From: Eledone cirrhosa
Taxonomy: Eukaryota
Direction: 5' to 3'
Assembly (NCBI GenBank): GCA_964016885.1
Contig: OZ024741.1
Span: forward strand, 198,214,001 to 198,278,000
DNA length: 64,000 bases
Positions 26,841-40,070 of the stretch are shown piece after piece. Both the position numbers and the translations under genes were made by a program. The stretch's first letter is position 1, and each line of letters opens with the position of its first letter. Under the pieces are notes generated by a model. That model saw only the letters and a list, made by a program, of their open reading frames with translations, was not told the DNA's origin and made no database searches.

Positions 26841-27077
26841 TATACACACACACATAGACTCATATATATATATATACATATACATATATATATACAAACA
26901 TATATATCCCCACACTCATACCACCATAAATACACATACAAACACCCACATGTATATATATATATATATATATATATATCCACATACACACACGTACACA
27001 TATATATATATATATATATACACATATATACACATACATATACATATATATATACACACACATAAAAAACAGACATG

Positions 27078-27108
<31 letters not shown>

Positions 27109-27204
27109 TTCATTACTCTTATATATACACATAGTATATATACATACACAACCTCACTTATACACATATACACATAAGTTATATTACAATAATAATAAAG
27201 AATA

Positions 27205-27273
<69 letters not shown>

Positions 27274-27366
27274 CATACATACACATACATACATACACCT
27301 AAATATATACATACATAAATACACACATACGAATAAAGACATATATTCACACATAGACACCTATAT

Positions 27367-27402
<36 letters not shown>

Positions 27403-29187
27403 ATATATATACACATACATATATATATACATATACATATATATATACACATACACACACACACACACACACAGACACACATACACACTCACATATATAT
27501 ATATATATATGTGTATGTGAGTGTGCGCAAATACATATATATATACACACACACATACAAACACACACAAACACATACATATGCATACGTGCACACACAC
27601 ACACATATATCACATAGATACGAAGATAAACATATAAATAGAGAGACATACAAATATATACAGAACCCATATACACATACATACAAACACGCATATACAT
27701 ATACATACATATATACACATATATATATTCCTATATACAAGCGTACACATACATACACATATATACATATACATACACATATACATACCACACATTCACA
27801 TACACATACATATATAATACATATATATACATATATATACACACATATGTATGTACAATCATATATACACACTCAATCTTACATTCATATTTACATGCTC
27901 ATATATGTATTTTTATATTTAGAAATAAATACCAAAACCTATATAGACACCCACCTACACATATATTCATACATATACGCTTACAAAAACAGATGATAAT
28001 AGTATGGGGGAAAGGGGGGGTTTGGAGAAGGGGATCAAAGTAAATATATGTTTCAAGAAACATATAATATTTTCCGTATCTTAATTCAATGTATGTTCTT
28101 ACATATTTTCAGTGCTAGGAAATACGAAATCTATGCATCCCAAAATAAAAAAGTATACCATTAATCAAATGTTAACTAAACCAAAGATAGTCAACATATT
28201 GATTTCCAAGGTGTAAATTAGTTAGGTTTATAATATTTGAAGCAGAATTATGAAGTCAAACAGTAGTAGATTATTAATTACATTATAACTAAATTAAAGT
28301 TAATAACGTTATGGTATCAATATTAGGAGATGAATTTAGTAATAGGGAAAAGAAAACCAAATAAAAATAAAATAAAGTATTACATCGGTAGTAGCATATA
28401 AATTATATGTTAACTAAATTAAAAATTATATATGTATTTCAATAGTATACGTTAATTAGTATATGTTAATTAGGTATACAATACATAAAGCAGATATTGT
28501 ATTTCATCAATAGCATAATATAATTATATGCAAATAAAAATCAAAATTAATACTCATACATATACATATACATACACATACACATACATATACATATACA
28601 CACATATATATATATATATACATATATATACACATATATACATATATAGTCACATAAATATACATACAGATACACATACAATACACACATATACATATAC
28701 ATATAGATATACATATCTTTTTCAAAAAATTGCACAGAATATATTAATTAGGTATATATCCAAAACACATCCCATTCTATGATTACATGACATTCTGCAA
28801 TTCGTCTGTACAAGGATACTAATTTTAAGCAAATTAAAATTAAAGTTTTAGGTTGATTAAAACTAAAACCAAATAATAAATATATTTCCAAAATGTATAT
28901 TAATTAGGTCTATAATACTAAAAATTCTTTCTCCGTCATAGGATACATGATATTATTTTGTTATATTTTATCTGTAAAAGAATTATAATAAAAAAAATTA
29001 TAATAAAAGGTTAAAATAAATTAAAATTAATCTATAAATTAAATTACTGAGTATATATTAGTAATATTTAAAGGTTTTTCAAAATTTATGATTACATAAT
29101 ATTTTCTCATCTGTAATAAAATATTAATTAAATTAAATTTATAGGTTAACTAACATTTAAATTAAATTAAATTCTAGAATAATGTTA

Positions 29188-31176
29188 TTAATTAGGTTTA
29201 TAATATTTAAATGTTTTTTTTAGTTTATGATTACACGATATAATTAATTCCTGTCTTTTATTTAATAAGATATCCCTAGACTTCATTATTTCAAATAGTT
29301 CTTGGGAACATAATCTACATTCCTTTCTATTATTTTGATAAGGGGTGGCTCTTTTGAGCACACTCCAGGTCAAATCATATTTTATATTTTTATTTTTATA
29401 ACTATTGATTTTTTCTGCTAGAGATGTTGTATTAGCCAGTGCGGCATTTTTAAAGCTATGTTTGTGGGTATTATACCTTGTCTTAAAATTGTTAGAGGTA
29501 GCTCCTATATATGAGCAAATAGAATCTTTAGTTTTAACATTACATTTATAGACTATGTTGTTAACAAGACAATTCCCTTTTAATGGGCAGTTTGTTTTGT
29601 TTCTACAGTTACATCCTTTCGTTAATTCTGTATTTGAGGAGATATTATTGTTAATTTGATGTACTGGTGGTATACTTATGGTTTTCTTACATTTATATGC
29701 ATTATATGCACTTATATTTTGTTTTATGTTATTTGTTGTAGAGTATGAGAATTTAACTGTAGACCTATTTAAGATTTGATGGTATTTGTGGTTTGGCGGG
29801 AAGTTTTTCTCAAGGATATAAAAAAATTTTTTAGCAATATTATCCTTAACTTGTAAATTAAAAGGAGCATTATACCAAGTAACTCGTCTATTACGGTTTC
29901 TATGTTGTTTATTATTTTTATTATTTTTATCATGATTTTTACTAGGAGGATTAATGTTAATGATCTCACCACAACTATTTTTAGTTATATTTGTAGATTT
30001 AGGTGTTTTATCTTTTTTATTAGGAGTTTTATTATTAATATTTATTATAGTCGTATGATGAGTAGTTTTTTGAGGGTTACTATACTTTATATTAGAAGAT
30101 TTAGTATTTTGGGGTATACTGTGGGTGGCATTTAGGTGTGTACTTTTCATTTGGTGTTTGTTGGTAATATTATGCTGTAAGCTTTCAGTATTTTTAGTAG
30201 AAGGTATATACTCTAATCTATTTTTGTGGCCACTTCTATCTAGAGCTTCATTATAAAAGGTCGCATTTTTATCAAATACATCTTGGTTAGAAGAAAGGTT
30301 AGAAATTCTAAGTGATATATTATATGCAAGGTTTTTAAGGATAGATTTAGGGTGATTAGATTGTGAGTGTATGTAATGTAAGTTTTGGTTAGGTTTATGG
30401 TAAGGTTGGTATATACCCGTAGCTAAATCTAAAGTTATATCTAGGAAATTTACTACTTTACTTGTTTTTTCAAAAGTAATATTAAGATTATAATAGTCTT
30501 TAAGGAAAGTTCTAATATGCTTTTTGTTTTTTTCGATTTCTGAAAGGCTAAGGTTGTTAGAAAGAAGAAGACAGTCATCACGATATAAACCACCTTTGAG
30601 GTGGGGAAAAGAGGCATTTATGTTGAAAAGGAGAAAGAGGCCCACAAGATCAGTAATTTGGGCGGAATCGCTTGAACCCATAGTAATATCAAAAAGATTA
30701 CTGTAAGTGTTTCTGGTCCAGTATTCATTCTGAAATTCAATAAGTGTTTGTCTAGCATGTGTAATAATGTTAATGTCATCCGAAGTTAAATTAGATCTAT
30801 TTTTAGCAAATATTAATGCTTTGTTCAGGAGTATGGGTGATATAGAAGAATAGTAATTATCTATATCAAATTGTAGGAAAGAAGCAGAAGATTTACACCT
30901 AATATTTTTAAACCAATTAATTACCTGGGAGGTGTTTTCCCAGAGTGGTAAAATAACGTATTTTCTTATTTGTGGGATGACTCTATCTAAAATTTTTTTG
31001 CTAATTATTCCAATATCTGATTTGGAGGGACATATAAGTCTAATAGAAGGATTAGAGTTAAAGTTAGATTTGTGATCTTTCAGGTTGAAGTGTGGACTTT
31101 TCAATGCCAAAGGTTCAGTTCTATCTTCAATATTTAGTTTTTTTACTATGTTGTGTGTTTTGTTGTTGATGTTGGT
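29188..31176 (-). CDS. PLE reverse transcriptase + GIY-YIG endonuclease, uninterrupted but N-terminally truncated
   Basis: LKDHK.NF..PSIRLI.P.KS, QFDIDNYY, FDITMGS.DSA, GLYRDD, VNFLD, SNHP, CNC..CPLKGNCL..IVY..YIGAT..FKTRY..H, CRLC..E..LN.R.E..CNH. Confidence 0.9.
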   Translation of the reverse strand, partial: TNINNKTHNIVKKLNIEDRTEPLALKSPHFNLKDHKSNFNSNPSIRLICPSKSDIGIISKKILDRVIPQIRKYVILPLWENTSQVINWFKNIRCKSSASFLQFDIDNYYSSISPILLNKALIFAKNRSNLTSDDINIITHARQTLIEFQNEYWTRNTYSNLFDITMGSSDSAQITDLVGLFLLFNINASFPHLKGGLYRDDCLLLSNNLSLSEIEKNKKHIRTFLKDYYNLNITFEKTSKVVNFLDITLDLATGIYQPYHKPNQNLHYIHSQSNHPKSILKNLAYNISLRISNLSSNQDVFDKNATFYNEALDRSGHKNRLEYIPSTKNTESLQHNITNKHQMKSTHLNATHSIPQNTKSSNIKYSNPQKTTHHTTIININNKTPNKKDKTPKSTNITKNSCGEIININPPSKNHDKNNKNNKQHRNRNRRVTWYNAPFNLQVKDNIAKKFFYILEKNFPPNHKYHQILNRSTVKFSYSTTNNIKQNISAYNAYKCKKTISIPPVHQINNNISSNTELTKGCNCRNKTNCPLKGNCLVNNIVYKCNVKTKDSICSYIGATSNNFKTRYNTHKHSFKNAALANTTSLAEKINSYKNKNIKYDLTWSVLKRATPYQNNRKECRLCSQELFEIMKSRDILLNKRQELIISCNHKLKKTFKYYKPN

Positions 31177-31240
31177 ATATATATATATATATATATACAT
31201 ATGAAATATAAGAATCAAAGAACTGTTCAAAACATTTTTA

Positions 31241-31287
31241 TGCTTACAACTGTTTCCTCCAAACCGAGGTTTGGATTCTTCGGAGCA
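31241..31287 (-). ncRNA. Hammerhead ribozyme (core CCGAAGA)
   Basis: tgct-CCGAAGA-a-tccaaac(ctcg)gtttgga-g-GAAA-cagttg-TA-agca. Confidence 0.6.
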
Positions 31288-31999
31288 ATTTATTATTGAA
31301 TGAACACTTATATGACCTCCTTTTCACCCAAGAGACATACAGATACATATGCAAATATTGTGGGTCAACATTCATTACAGCATTTAGAGTGGCAGTACAC
31401 ACTTAGAGATTACATTCATATTAAAAGATACAATCAAAAATACAGGTTAAAATACATGAAAATAAGCGGTTATATAGTGCAAGTGTTATATGTGTGGCAA
31501 GCACGTGCGTCTTGTTTATATAGTGTGGCAGAGAGTTACGTGTAGTAGAAGAACTTAAGTAGGTAAACAAGAGTGTTAGGTTGGTTGATCTGGTGGCAAA
31601 TTCTTTATATAATTGTTATAGTCTGTGTATGAGGAAATAATATAAGCATTAAAAATAGTGCAAGCATTAAAAATATTTAAAATATTGGAAATGCACAGCG
31701 AAGGGATGATATGGACTTCATGTACTTCGACATTTTCATAGTCTGGGGAGTTTATTTTTCAGATTATATGCTCCTCACATAATCCACGACAATTCGATAT
31801 TGAGCGTTTGACAATCCAGTTAGAAAATCGTAGTCTGATGTTCTTTAGTTCAATACAGGAGGATGTTACGTTTCGAGAATCGACATTGAAATACTACCCG
31901 GAAGTGTGTGTGTGGCTAAGGGGAGTTAATGCATGAGGGGCGGTAACTCCGAGGTTTCTATTACTAACTATTGAAATGTGTCTCAAAGTACATATATGC

Positions 32000-32098
<99 letters not shown>

Positions 32099-32732
32099 TA
32101 TATACAACACAATCGGTACACTATATGGAAGGTATATATTAGGTTAACGCTTGATATAGCAGTGCAAGTTTGTAGAACTATTAGATAAAATATATACAGT
32201 ATTTCCTCTCCTAGTCCGTATAAATCAACCACATAAAAATCATTTAAACGAGGCTATAAGTTTAAAATGTAACTATGGAGAAATAATAGACAAATGATAG
32301 ACTATCTTCCGCGATGTACAGCCATATAAAATTTATCCAGTTAGAAATTGGTCAGACAAATAATTAACTACACGGAGTTAGGTACAAAATAGAAGTTTGA
32401 AGAAAAAATGCACATAAACTTTACCAAAATTCCTCTAGTCCCGACCACCGGTGGTTTCGTTCCATTTATTGGATATACCTGATCTTGGATCTATCCATGA
32501 GGCTTGGAACTCATCAGGAGACACCCCAGTCTGGACTAAGTTTTCTACCATGATCCCCGCCAGAAATGAATTCAAAATGGCTCAGAACCATTACGTCGGC
32601 CAGCGGTCAATTTTATATATAGCTCTGCAATTTTATATCTAGCTCTAATCAATGATTATTTGCTGAATTAATTCTTCATTGAGCCACACCGTGAAAGGTA
32701 ACCAAACTCATATATGTATCTGTGACTATGTC

Positions 32733-32778
<46 letters not shown>

Positions 32779-32811
32779 CCTTTGAATTTAATATATATAT
32801 ATATATATATA

Positions 32812-33545
32812 TTCTTAGTCTTAGATTCTTCCGCGCCGTTCGGCGCATCGAGCAGTAAGTACTCGCCAACGGTCACGATCAGCGGCAACTTTCTCGAGAC
32901 CGTGCCAGGTGATGTTGACTGCCACCAGGTCCTTCCGGAACGTTCGTCGCCAGGTGATCATTGAGCAACCCCGCCTCCGTTTACCGCCAGGCGGAGTCCA
33001 GTTCATCGCTGTTTTCGAATGACATTCATTTGGCAGACGCAGAATATGGCCAGCCAGACGGCACCGACGCTCCGTGACCACTCTCTCTATCGTCCACGAC
33101 TCGGCTCTCCGCAGGATCTCCTCGTTTCGCACTCGGTCGCGCCAGGACACACGAAGGATCCTTCACAGGCACCGCTGGTGGAAAGCGTTCAGCCGTCTCT
33201 CTATTTTTGACGTACTCCTCCAGGTCTCGCTCGCATAAAGCACTGTCGGCAGCACGATGCTCTTGTACAGGCGGAGCTTGGTCTTGGTGTTAATGCATGA
33301 AGACGACCAGACTGGGCACAGCCGCTGGAAAACTGCGGCTCCTTTGCCGATCCGACAGTTGATGTCGAGCTCCGCGTCGCCGCTGCTTGTCAGGATGCTG
33401 CCCAGATAGGTGAAGTGATCGACTTCCTCGAAGTCTTGTTGGTTGACTCTGATCACTGGACCTGTGTTGCTGGCCGTTCTCATGACCATGGTCTTTTTGG
33501 TGTTGATTCTCAGGCCGATCTTTTCCGCACTCTCTTGTAGGGATG
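32812..33545 (-). mobile_element. GC-rich RTE-like LINE 3' fragment
   Basis: EEVDHFTYLGS, TKLRLYKSIVLPTVLYASETW, LAGHILR..WTPPGGKRRRG, and a short CTAAGA repeat tail. Confidence 0.85.
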
Positions 33546-33564
33546 TTGTTAGGGCCTGCAGATT

Positions 33565-34230
33565 GCACCAGTGAAAGATACCAATTTTCTGTGTTCATCA
33601 ACATGTATCCAGAAAAATTAGGATGTTTCACCTCGAAATATTTTTGGAGGTCTGGTGCACAAGCGCAAATGCACGAGGTTTTCCAGCTCACTAGCTACCC
33701 CATACCCACGGCGCTAGAAATAACAGCCGTTTATATGGGATTAAAAATTAGCTCAACAAAAGGAGCCGTAATATTATATTATATTTAGAGTTATAAACTC
33801 AAACAGTCCTTTACAATTAATTAGCTCAAAGAAAGCAACATTTCTGGATACCTGTTGATGAACACAGAAAATTGGTATCTTTCACTTTTTTTATACTATC
33901 GTTGCGAAACTTATTTGGGTTTTGAAATTCAAATTTGTCTGCGGAACAGGTTTGGATTTTGAAATTTAAATTTGTCCAGGTATCACCGTTATTGCCAATA
34001 TGGGTTTGTTTTTATTAATTTATTATTTTAAATCGAGACACAGGCAAACTATATTTATTTGAATTAGTTTATTTCATTCTAGCTAACTTCGTCTTTTACA
34101 ATACAAACACTTATGTGTTTATCATATATTAATTTATATTAACTTGTATTTCACGGCTCAGAAATGCTTCTTTCTTTGAGCTAATTAATTGTAAAGGACT
34201 GTTTGAGTTTATAACTCTAAATATAATATA

Positions 34231-34232
<2 letters not shown>
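33565..34232. repeat. Module with internal inverted repeats, related to the 37783-39260 repeat; HHR-like motif at 33847-33879
   Basis: 33568-33615 is inverted to 33841-33886, and 33770-33840 to 34160-34230. It shares GGAACAGGTTTG.ATTTTGAAATTTAAAT with 38985-39020. Confidence 0.6.
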
Positions 34233-34271
<39 letters not shown>

Positions 34272-34312
34272 CAATGAAATTAAACACCAAACTGTTAATT
34301 CATAGTAAAACA

Positions 34313-34449
34313 CATTATTTTACGATCGTTTCTGGGGGTAGTCCTCTGCATGTTCATTTAATTATTCATCTATGTAAAACATATTACAAAATATCATAGT
34401 GAGAAAAGAATACATACGTCTTCACTACCCGCCGTCTTCAGAAAAAATG
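34313..34449 (-). ncRNA. Hammerhead ribozyme with a long stem-II insertion (same type as 25875-26029)
   Basis: catttttt-CTGAAGA-cggcgggtagt..actaccccca-GAAA-cgatcg-TA-aaataatg. Confidence 0.65.
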
Positions 34450-34632
34450 AATTAACAGTTTTGTGTTTAATTTCATTGTTTTAATATTTCTATTTTGACT
34501 CTGTATCCAATTGAATTATATCGTTGATAAAAAAATGTTTGTATTTTAAACTTTACTTCACGACATCTTCTACATACGGATTACATTGAGTTCTTTATAC
34601 GGTTTAGACCCTACCGTTGAGTGGTAGATTTA

Positions 34633-34676
<44 letters not shown>

Positions 34677-34715
34677 TATAAGCAAGTATTGCATCAATAA
34701 AAATAAAATATATGT

Positions 34716-34831
<116 letters not shown>

Positions 34832-34848
34832 GAATATAATGATTTTTG

Positions 34849-34890
34849 ACTTCCTGACGAAGTTGCAAAGGAAAGACAGTCCATTGAAGT
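34849..34890 (+). ncRNA. Degenerate hammerhead motif
   Basis: acttc-CTGACGA-agttgcaaag-GAAA-gacagtcca-TT-gaagt. Stems II and III are imperfect. Confidence 0.4.
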
Positions 34891-34963
34891 GACTATTGTA
34901 TATTATTAGCTTTTATTTTATTGCCTTTGGAGAAATGAAAGTTGACCCAAGATACTGCTACTG

Positions 34964-34997
<34 letters not shown>

Positions 34998-36685
34998 CAG
35001 TAGTAGTAGTAGTAGTAGTAGGGGGTGAAGTTAGAAAGTAAATAGATAAGAAAATGTAACTTAATACCACAAAAGCACTCTGCCATTTCTGCAAATCAGT
35101 CTACGATAATGTATTTAAAGTAAAATAATGCAATAAAATACCAAATAGATATTGACAGGAAATGAGTATGAAAATATTGTTAATGTCAGATCTGAATACT
35201 CCTCCTTTGATGTAGAAATGTTATTGCAACATCCAATAATATACTTTTCTTTTTTCGTTTTTGCTTTGTTCTTAGCTTTGTTGTCTCTTTAACCACAAAT
35301 ATGCTGAAATTCAAACCATGGGATGGAGGGTGGGGCTCCATATGGTCACTTAAATCATGCCTTGGTGTCTTAAAAAGTAGAAGGCTACACTTGATACATT
35401 ATCCAGTAGACCTTCCAATTTTGTACTTAATAGGTTTATTTCATCAGGTTAAATAATAATTTTTACTTTAGACATAAGCCCAATAATTTAGGAGGAAGGA
35501 ATAATCGATTAAATCAACCCCAGTATCTTGTCGATCCCAGAAGGATGAAAGACAAAGTTGATCTCGGTGTGATTTGAACTCAGAACGTAAAGAATTAGAA
35601 CAAATGCCAAGTCCATCTCACTCCTCACCGTAACGCTATGCCGTGAATCATGGTGTCGGACGCTCTAGCGATACTGCCAATTCACCATCAAAACTGCCAA
35701 AACTGCCATTTCACCATCAAAACATACTTCCTACAAACAAAACACATAAACAAGTCTGCGTATCTCTTATAAATGTTTCCATCTGTATACATCAGGATAT
35801 AATAACATAGAAACTTAAATTTCTTCATCGTAACATTTATGTTAAGGATAATACTTTGATTCACAAATGCTCATCTGCTGTCTGTGAAGAACTAGGGTCG
35901 ACTTTTAAATGAGATACATGAAAAAATCAAAATACTTTTGCAAAACATAAGTGGTCGACTTTTACATGGAATCGACTTTTTTACAATTATATACGGTAAA
36001 TGAGATGTCGGGATCGATTCCCTTGTCATTCTTCATCAAAACTAACCATTCTAGAAAGCATCCCTTTACTTCGCCACTAGTGTAATTTTAATTAATTAAC
36101 ATTTCTTTACTCACTACGTTAATTATACAAACCTCTATCCAAACAAATAGTACGACATCGATATTAACATTTATTTGGATAAAGGCTGTAATAAAATGTC
36201 GCTAGAGCTTTTGAAATATATAACTTATTTTGAAAAACATGTGATAGGTTGTGATAGCATACAGCTTTAGCTATTGAAAAATATACCTGAAGTGTTTTAG
36301 TCACTAGGTATAGATTATGATATAAAGAGCGTTCAGTTTGAATAAATGAAAAGAATTTCACAACTTACAAAACATAAATGAATCTTGAACATTTTCCTGT
36401 ATTAAGAGGACCGACATCTCAAAGAATTGTTCAAGATAGCATGGAAAATGTCTTCTTTAGTTCAAATGAAAGTAAGAAGTCAATAGAACATATTAGTTGT
36501 GACTAATTTAGAGATATATCAGTTTGACCATAAGCAGTAACATTGGAAGAAATAACGCCATAAAATCTAGTCAGCAGGAAACTGCTAGACTTTAGTAGAA
36601 TTTTAATTCACAATTTCTGTACTTCTATCAGATACACAATTATACACACAAACATTATATATATATATGTATATATATTTATATT

Positions 36686-36790
<105 letters not shown>

Positions 36791-37072
36791 GGTAAACAGA
36801 AATAACAGCACAATCGGTAAAGTATATGGAAGGGATATATTAGGTTAACGCTTGATATAACAGGAAGAGGGTCTTGACGTTTCGGACATAGAATAATTGG
36901 GAGAACTCAACACAAGGAAGCTGTTAAAACACCAAAAGGCTGTCAGTGACAACGTCGGGGAAAATTTACCTCAAACATTTAGATACACACATCAGCTTTT
37001 AAACCCCCTGAGGTTTCGACGATTTATCTAAAAGTACCACGTAAAATAGATGGTTCGTGCAGCAGTGTAATA

Positions 37073-37151
<79 letters not shown>

Positions 37152-37234
37152 GGAGGTGAGTTTTATTGTAGTACAATAAAGCAATGCAGATATCGGATAA
37201 GAAGCACTCTACAGTTTGTAGGACTGGAGTATAC

Positions 37235-37574
37235 ATAATATATAAGATCAAAAGATGGTTAAAAGAATTCCATGTATTTTATTATGCGCATTTCAAAAAC
37301 AAATATCATCATGCAATAACATTTGTGTTTTCATCAGATAAAATAGGAAGACATGATATGAGGGTTAAAAAACACTTGTGGATAGTGCAGTTTTAAATCA
37401 ACATATGATATCATATGTTGATTTAAAACTGCACTATCCACAAGTGTTTTTTAACCTTCATATCATGTCTTCCTATTTTATCTGATGAAAACACAAATGT
37501 TATTGCATGATGATATTTGTTTTTGAAATGCGCATAATAAAATACATGGAACTCTTTTAACCATCTTTTGATCT

Positions 37575-37585
<11 letters not shown>
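37235..37585. repeat. About 350-bp near-perfect palindrome containing two divergent HHRs
   Basis: Centre ATCAACATATGATATCATATGTTGAT near 37410. Identical translations on both strands in the ORF track. Confidence 0.9.
37474..37544 (+). ncRNA. Type-I hammerhead ribozyme (mirror copy 37275-37345, minus)
   Basis: tattttat-CTGATGA-aaacacaaatgttat..gatatttgttttt-GAAA-tgcgca-TA-ataaaata. Confidence 0.78.
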
Positions 37586-37612
<27 letters not shown>

Positions 37613-37723
37613 GTGTATATATATATATATATATATTTGTGTATATGTATGTGTGTGTATATATATATATGTGTGTGTATGTAAGTGCATGTATGTGTGT
37701 ATGTGTGTGTGTATATATATATA

Positions 37724-37782
<59 letters not shown>

Positions 37783-37790
<8 letters not shown>

Positions 37791-39260
37791 ATATATATGA
37801 TGAAACACAGATACCAACACATCTGTATTTATATTGCAAAAGAAAATTTAGCCAGAATGAAGTATACTAATTATTATACTACAGTTTATCCATATCGATT
37901 TAAAATAATAAATCAACAAAGACGAACTGCATTGCCAAATGGCTATGATGTTTAGACACATTTAAATTTCAAAATCAAACCTGTTCCGTAGATAAGTTTA
38001 AACTTTAAAATCCAAATATGTTTCGAGATGAATAAGAGTAGGAATATCATGTCCTGCTCTCCTCGGTAAGCATCCAGGGACAAATTGATATGCTTCACTT
38101 CTAAATAATTTAAAAGACTGTGTAACGCACATGGTTTACAGTTTCTAGCTAGTCTCATAACCGTACTGCTAGAAATAACAGTCGTATATATGAGGCAACG
38201 TTCAGCTCAGCCTAGGAGCATTATATTATTATTAAGTGTAATGAATTTTTTTACAATGGAATTAGCTCGAAGAAGGAAATATTTCTGAGCCGTGTATAAA
38301 CTAATATATATGATGAAACACAGATACCAACACATCTGTATTTATATTGCAAAAGAAAATTTAGCCAGAATGAAGTATACTAATTATTATACTACAGTTT
38401 GTCCATATCGATTTAAAATAACAAATCAACAAAGACGAACTGCATTGCCAAATGGCTATGATGTTTAGACACATTTAAATTTCAAAATCAAACCTGTTCC
38501 GTAGATAAGTTTAAACTTTAAAATCCAAATATGTTTCGAGATGAATAAGTGTAGGAATATCATGTCCTGCTCTCCTCAGTAAACATCCAGGGACAAATTG
38601 ATATGCTTCACTTCTAAATAATTTAAAAGACTGTGTAACGCACATGGTTTACAGTTTCTAGCTAGTCTCATAACCGTACTTCTAGAAATAACAGTCGTAT
38701 ATATGAGGCAACGTTCAGCTCAGCCTAGGAGCATTATATTATTATTAAGTGTAATGAATTCTTTTACAATGGAATTAGCTCGAAGAAGGAAATATTTCTG
38801 AGCCGTGTATAAACTAATATATATGATGAAACACAGATACCAACACATCTGTATTTATATTGCAAAAGAAAATTTAGCCAGAATGAAGTATACTAATTAT
38901 TATACTACAGTTTGTCCATATCGATTTAAAATAATAAATCAACAAAGACGAAACATATTTGGATTTTAAAGTTTACACTTATCTACGGAACAGGTTTGAT
39001 TTTGAAATTTAAATGTGTCTAAACATCATAGCCATTTGGCAATGCAGTTCGTCTTTGTTGATTTATTATTTTAAATCGATATGAACAAACTGTAGTATAA
39101 TAATTAGTATACTTCATTCTGGCTAAATTTTCTTTTGCAATATAAATACAGATGTGTTGGTATCTGTGTTTCATCATATATATTAGTTTATACACGGCTC
39201 AGAAATATTTCCTTCTTCGAGCTAATTCCATTGTAAAAGAATTCATTACACTTAATAATT
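37783..39260. repeat. About 514-bp tandem repeat (about 2.3 copies) followed by an inverted partial copy (38953-39260), bounded by (TA)n
   Basis: ATAAACTAATATATATGATGAAACACAGATACC recurs near 37782, 38296 and 38809. Confidence 0.9.
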
Positions 39261-40019
39261 ATATATATATATATATATATATATACAAATTTTAGTACAG
39301 CATCAACGAAGCTTTAGGTTGCAGCCAAGCTATCGAATGCAGTTTCGGTGTGCAGCTAAGCACTCAATGGAGAATTTTACCCCAGAGTTATAACATTACG
39401 TTTAGACAGCTTTTCAAATCAAATACAGCGACCAACAGGCGTGTATACACATATACATATATATATATATGTATATGTGTATATGTATATATATGTATAT
39501 ATATACGTGTGTGTGTATGTATTTATATGTATGTTTGTTGTCTGTGTGCCTGCCTGTGTGTGCTTGTGTGTGTACGTGTGTATGTGGGCGCGTGTGTGAA
39601 TGTGCTTGTTGGCACCTGGAATATAAATTAAGAGAAACTTCACAATAATGGGAAGCACCCCAACACTTGAACCTGTTTATAGAACCCTTTCTGCCTTTGT
39701 CACCCTTATTTCAGCCTTAAAGAATTAGCTTCTGAAGAATCTCCCCTCTCTTTAAACCGATGAACCCCACCCATCCTGTAGACACCTGACTCACAGGCAT
39801 TGTTAGTTTAAGAGATAAACAAGGATTGGTATTCCAATTTGAATTTGTTTACAGTCTTCTTTCTGCCTTTATTAATATTATAGCTTTAAAGAATTAGCTT
39901 TTAATGAACTCCCTTTTCTTTAAATCCATCAACCAATGACCTCCACCCATCCCAATCCCAACCCTCTCCTACCACCAGAAAAGAAAATATATAAATACCA
40001 CCACATTTACTTGACAGTC

Positions 40020-40070
40020 AGCTTCCTTATGATTTCTCACGAATGAAACAGTTCTAGTCCTGTAGAAGCT
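40020..40070 (+). ncRNA. Hammerhead motif upstream of the PLE ORF (core mutated to CTTATGA)
   Basis: agcttc-CTTATGA-t-ttc(tcac)gaa-t-GAAA-cag(ttctagtc)ctg-TA-gaagct. A relative with an intact core lies at 62241-62290. Confidence 0.65.

Larger units (their letters stand above)
25822..31176 (-). mobile_element. Penelope-like element (Naiad-like), 5'-truncated, with a probable 3.3-kb microsatellite-rich 3' region
   Basis: Long ORF and a same-strand HHR at the distal end; bounded by (TA)n on both sides. Extent of the UTR is inferred. Confidence 0.65.

Noticed and set aside
36378-36520. Possible host exon (MNLEHFPVLRGPTSQ.. with a GTAAG donor near 36472)
   Set aside because: It is short, has no recognisable homology, and I found no compatible downstream exon.
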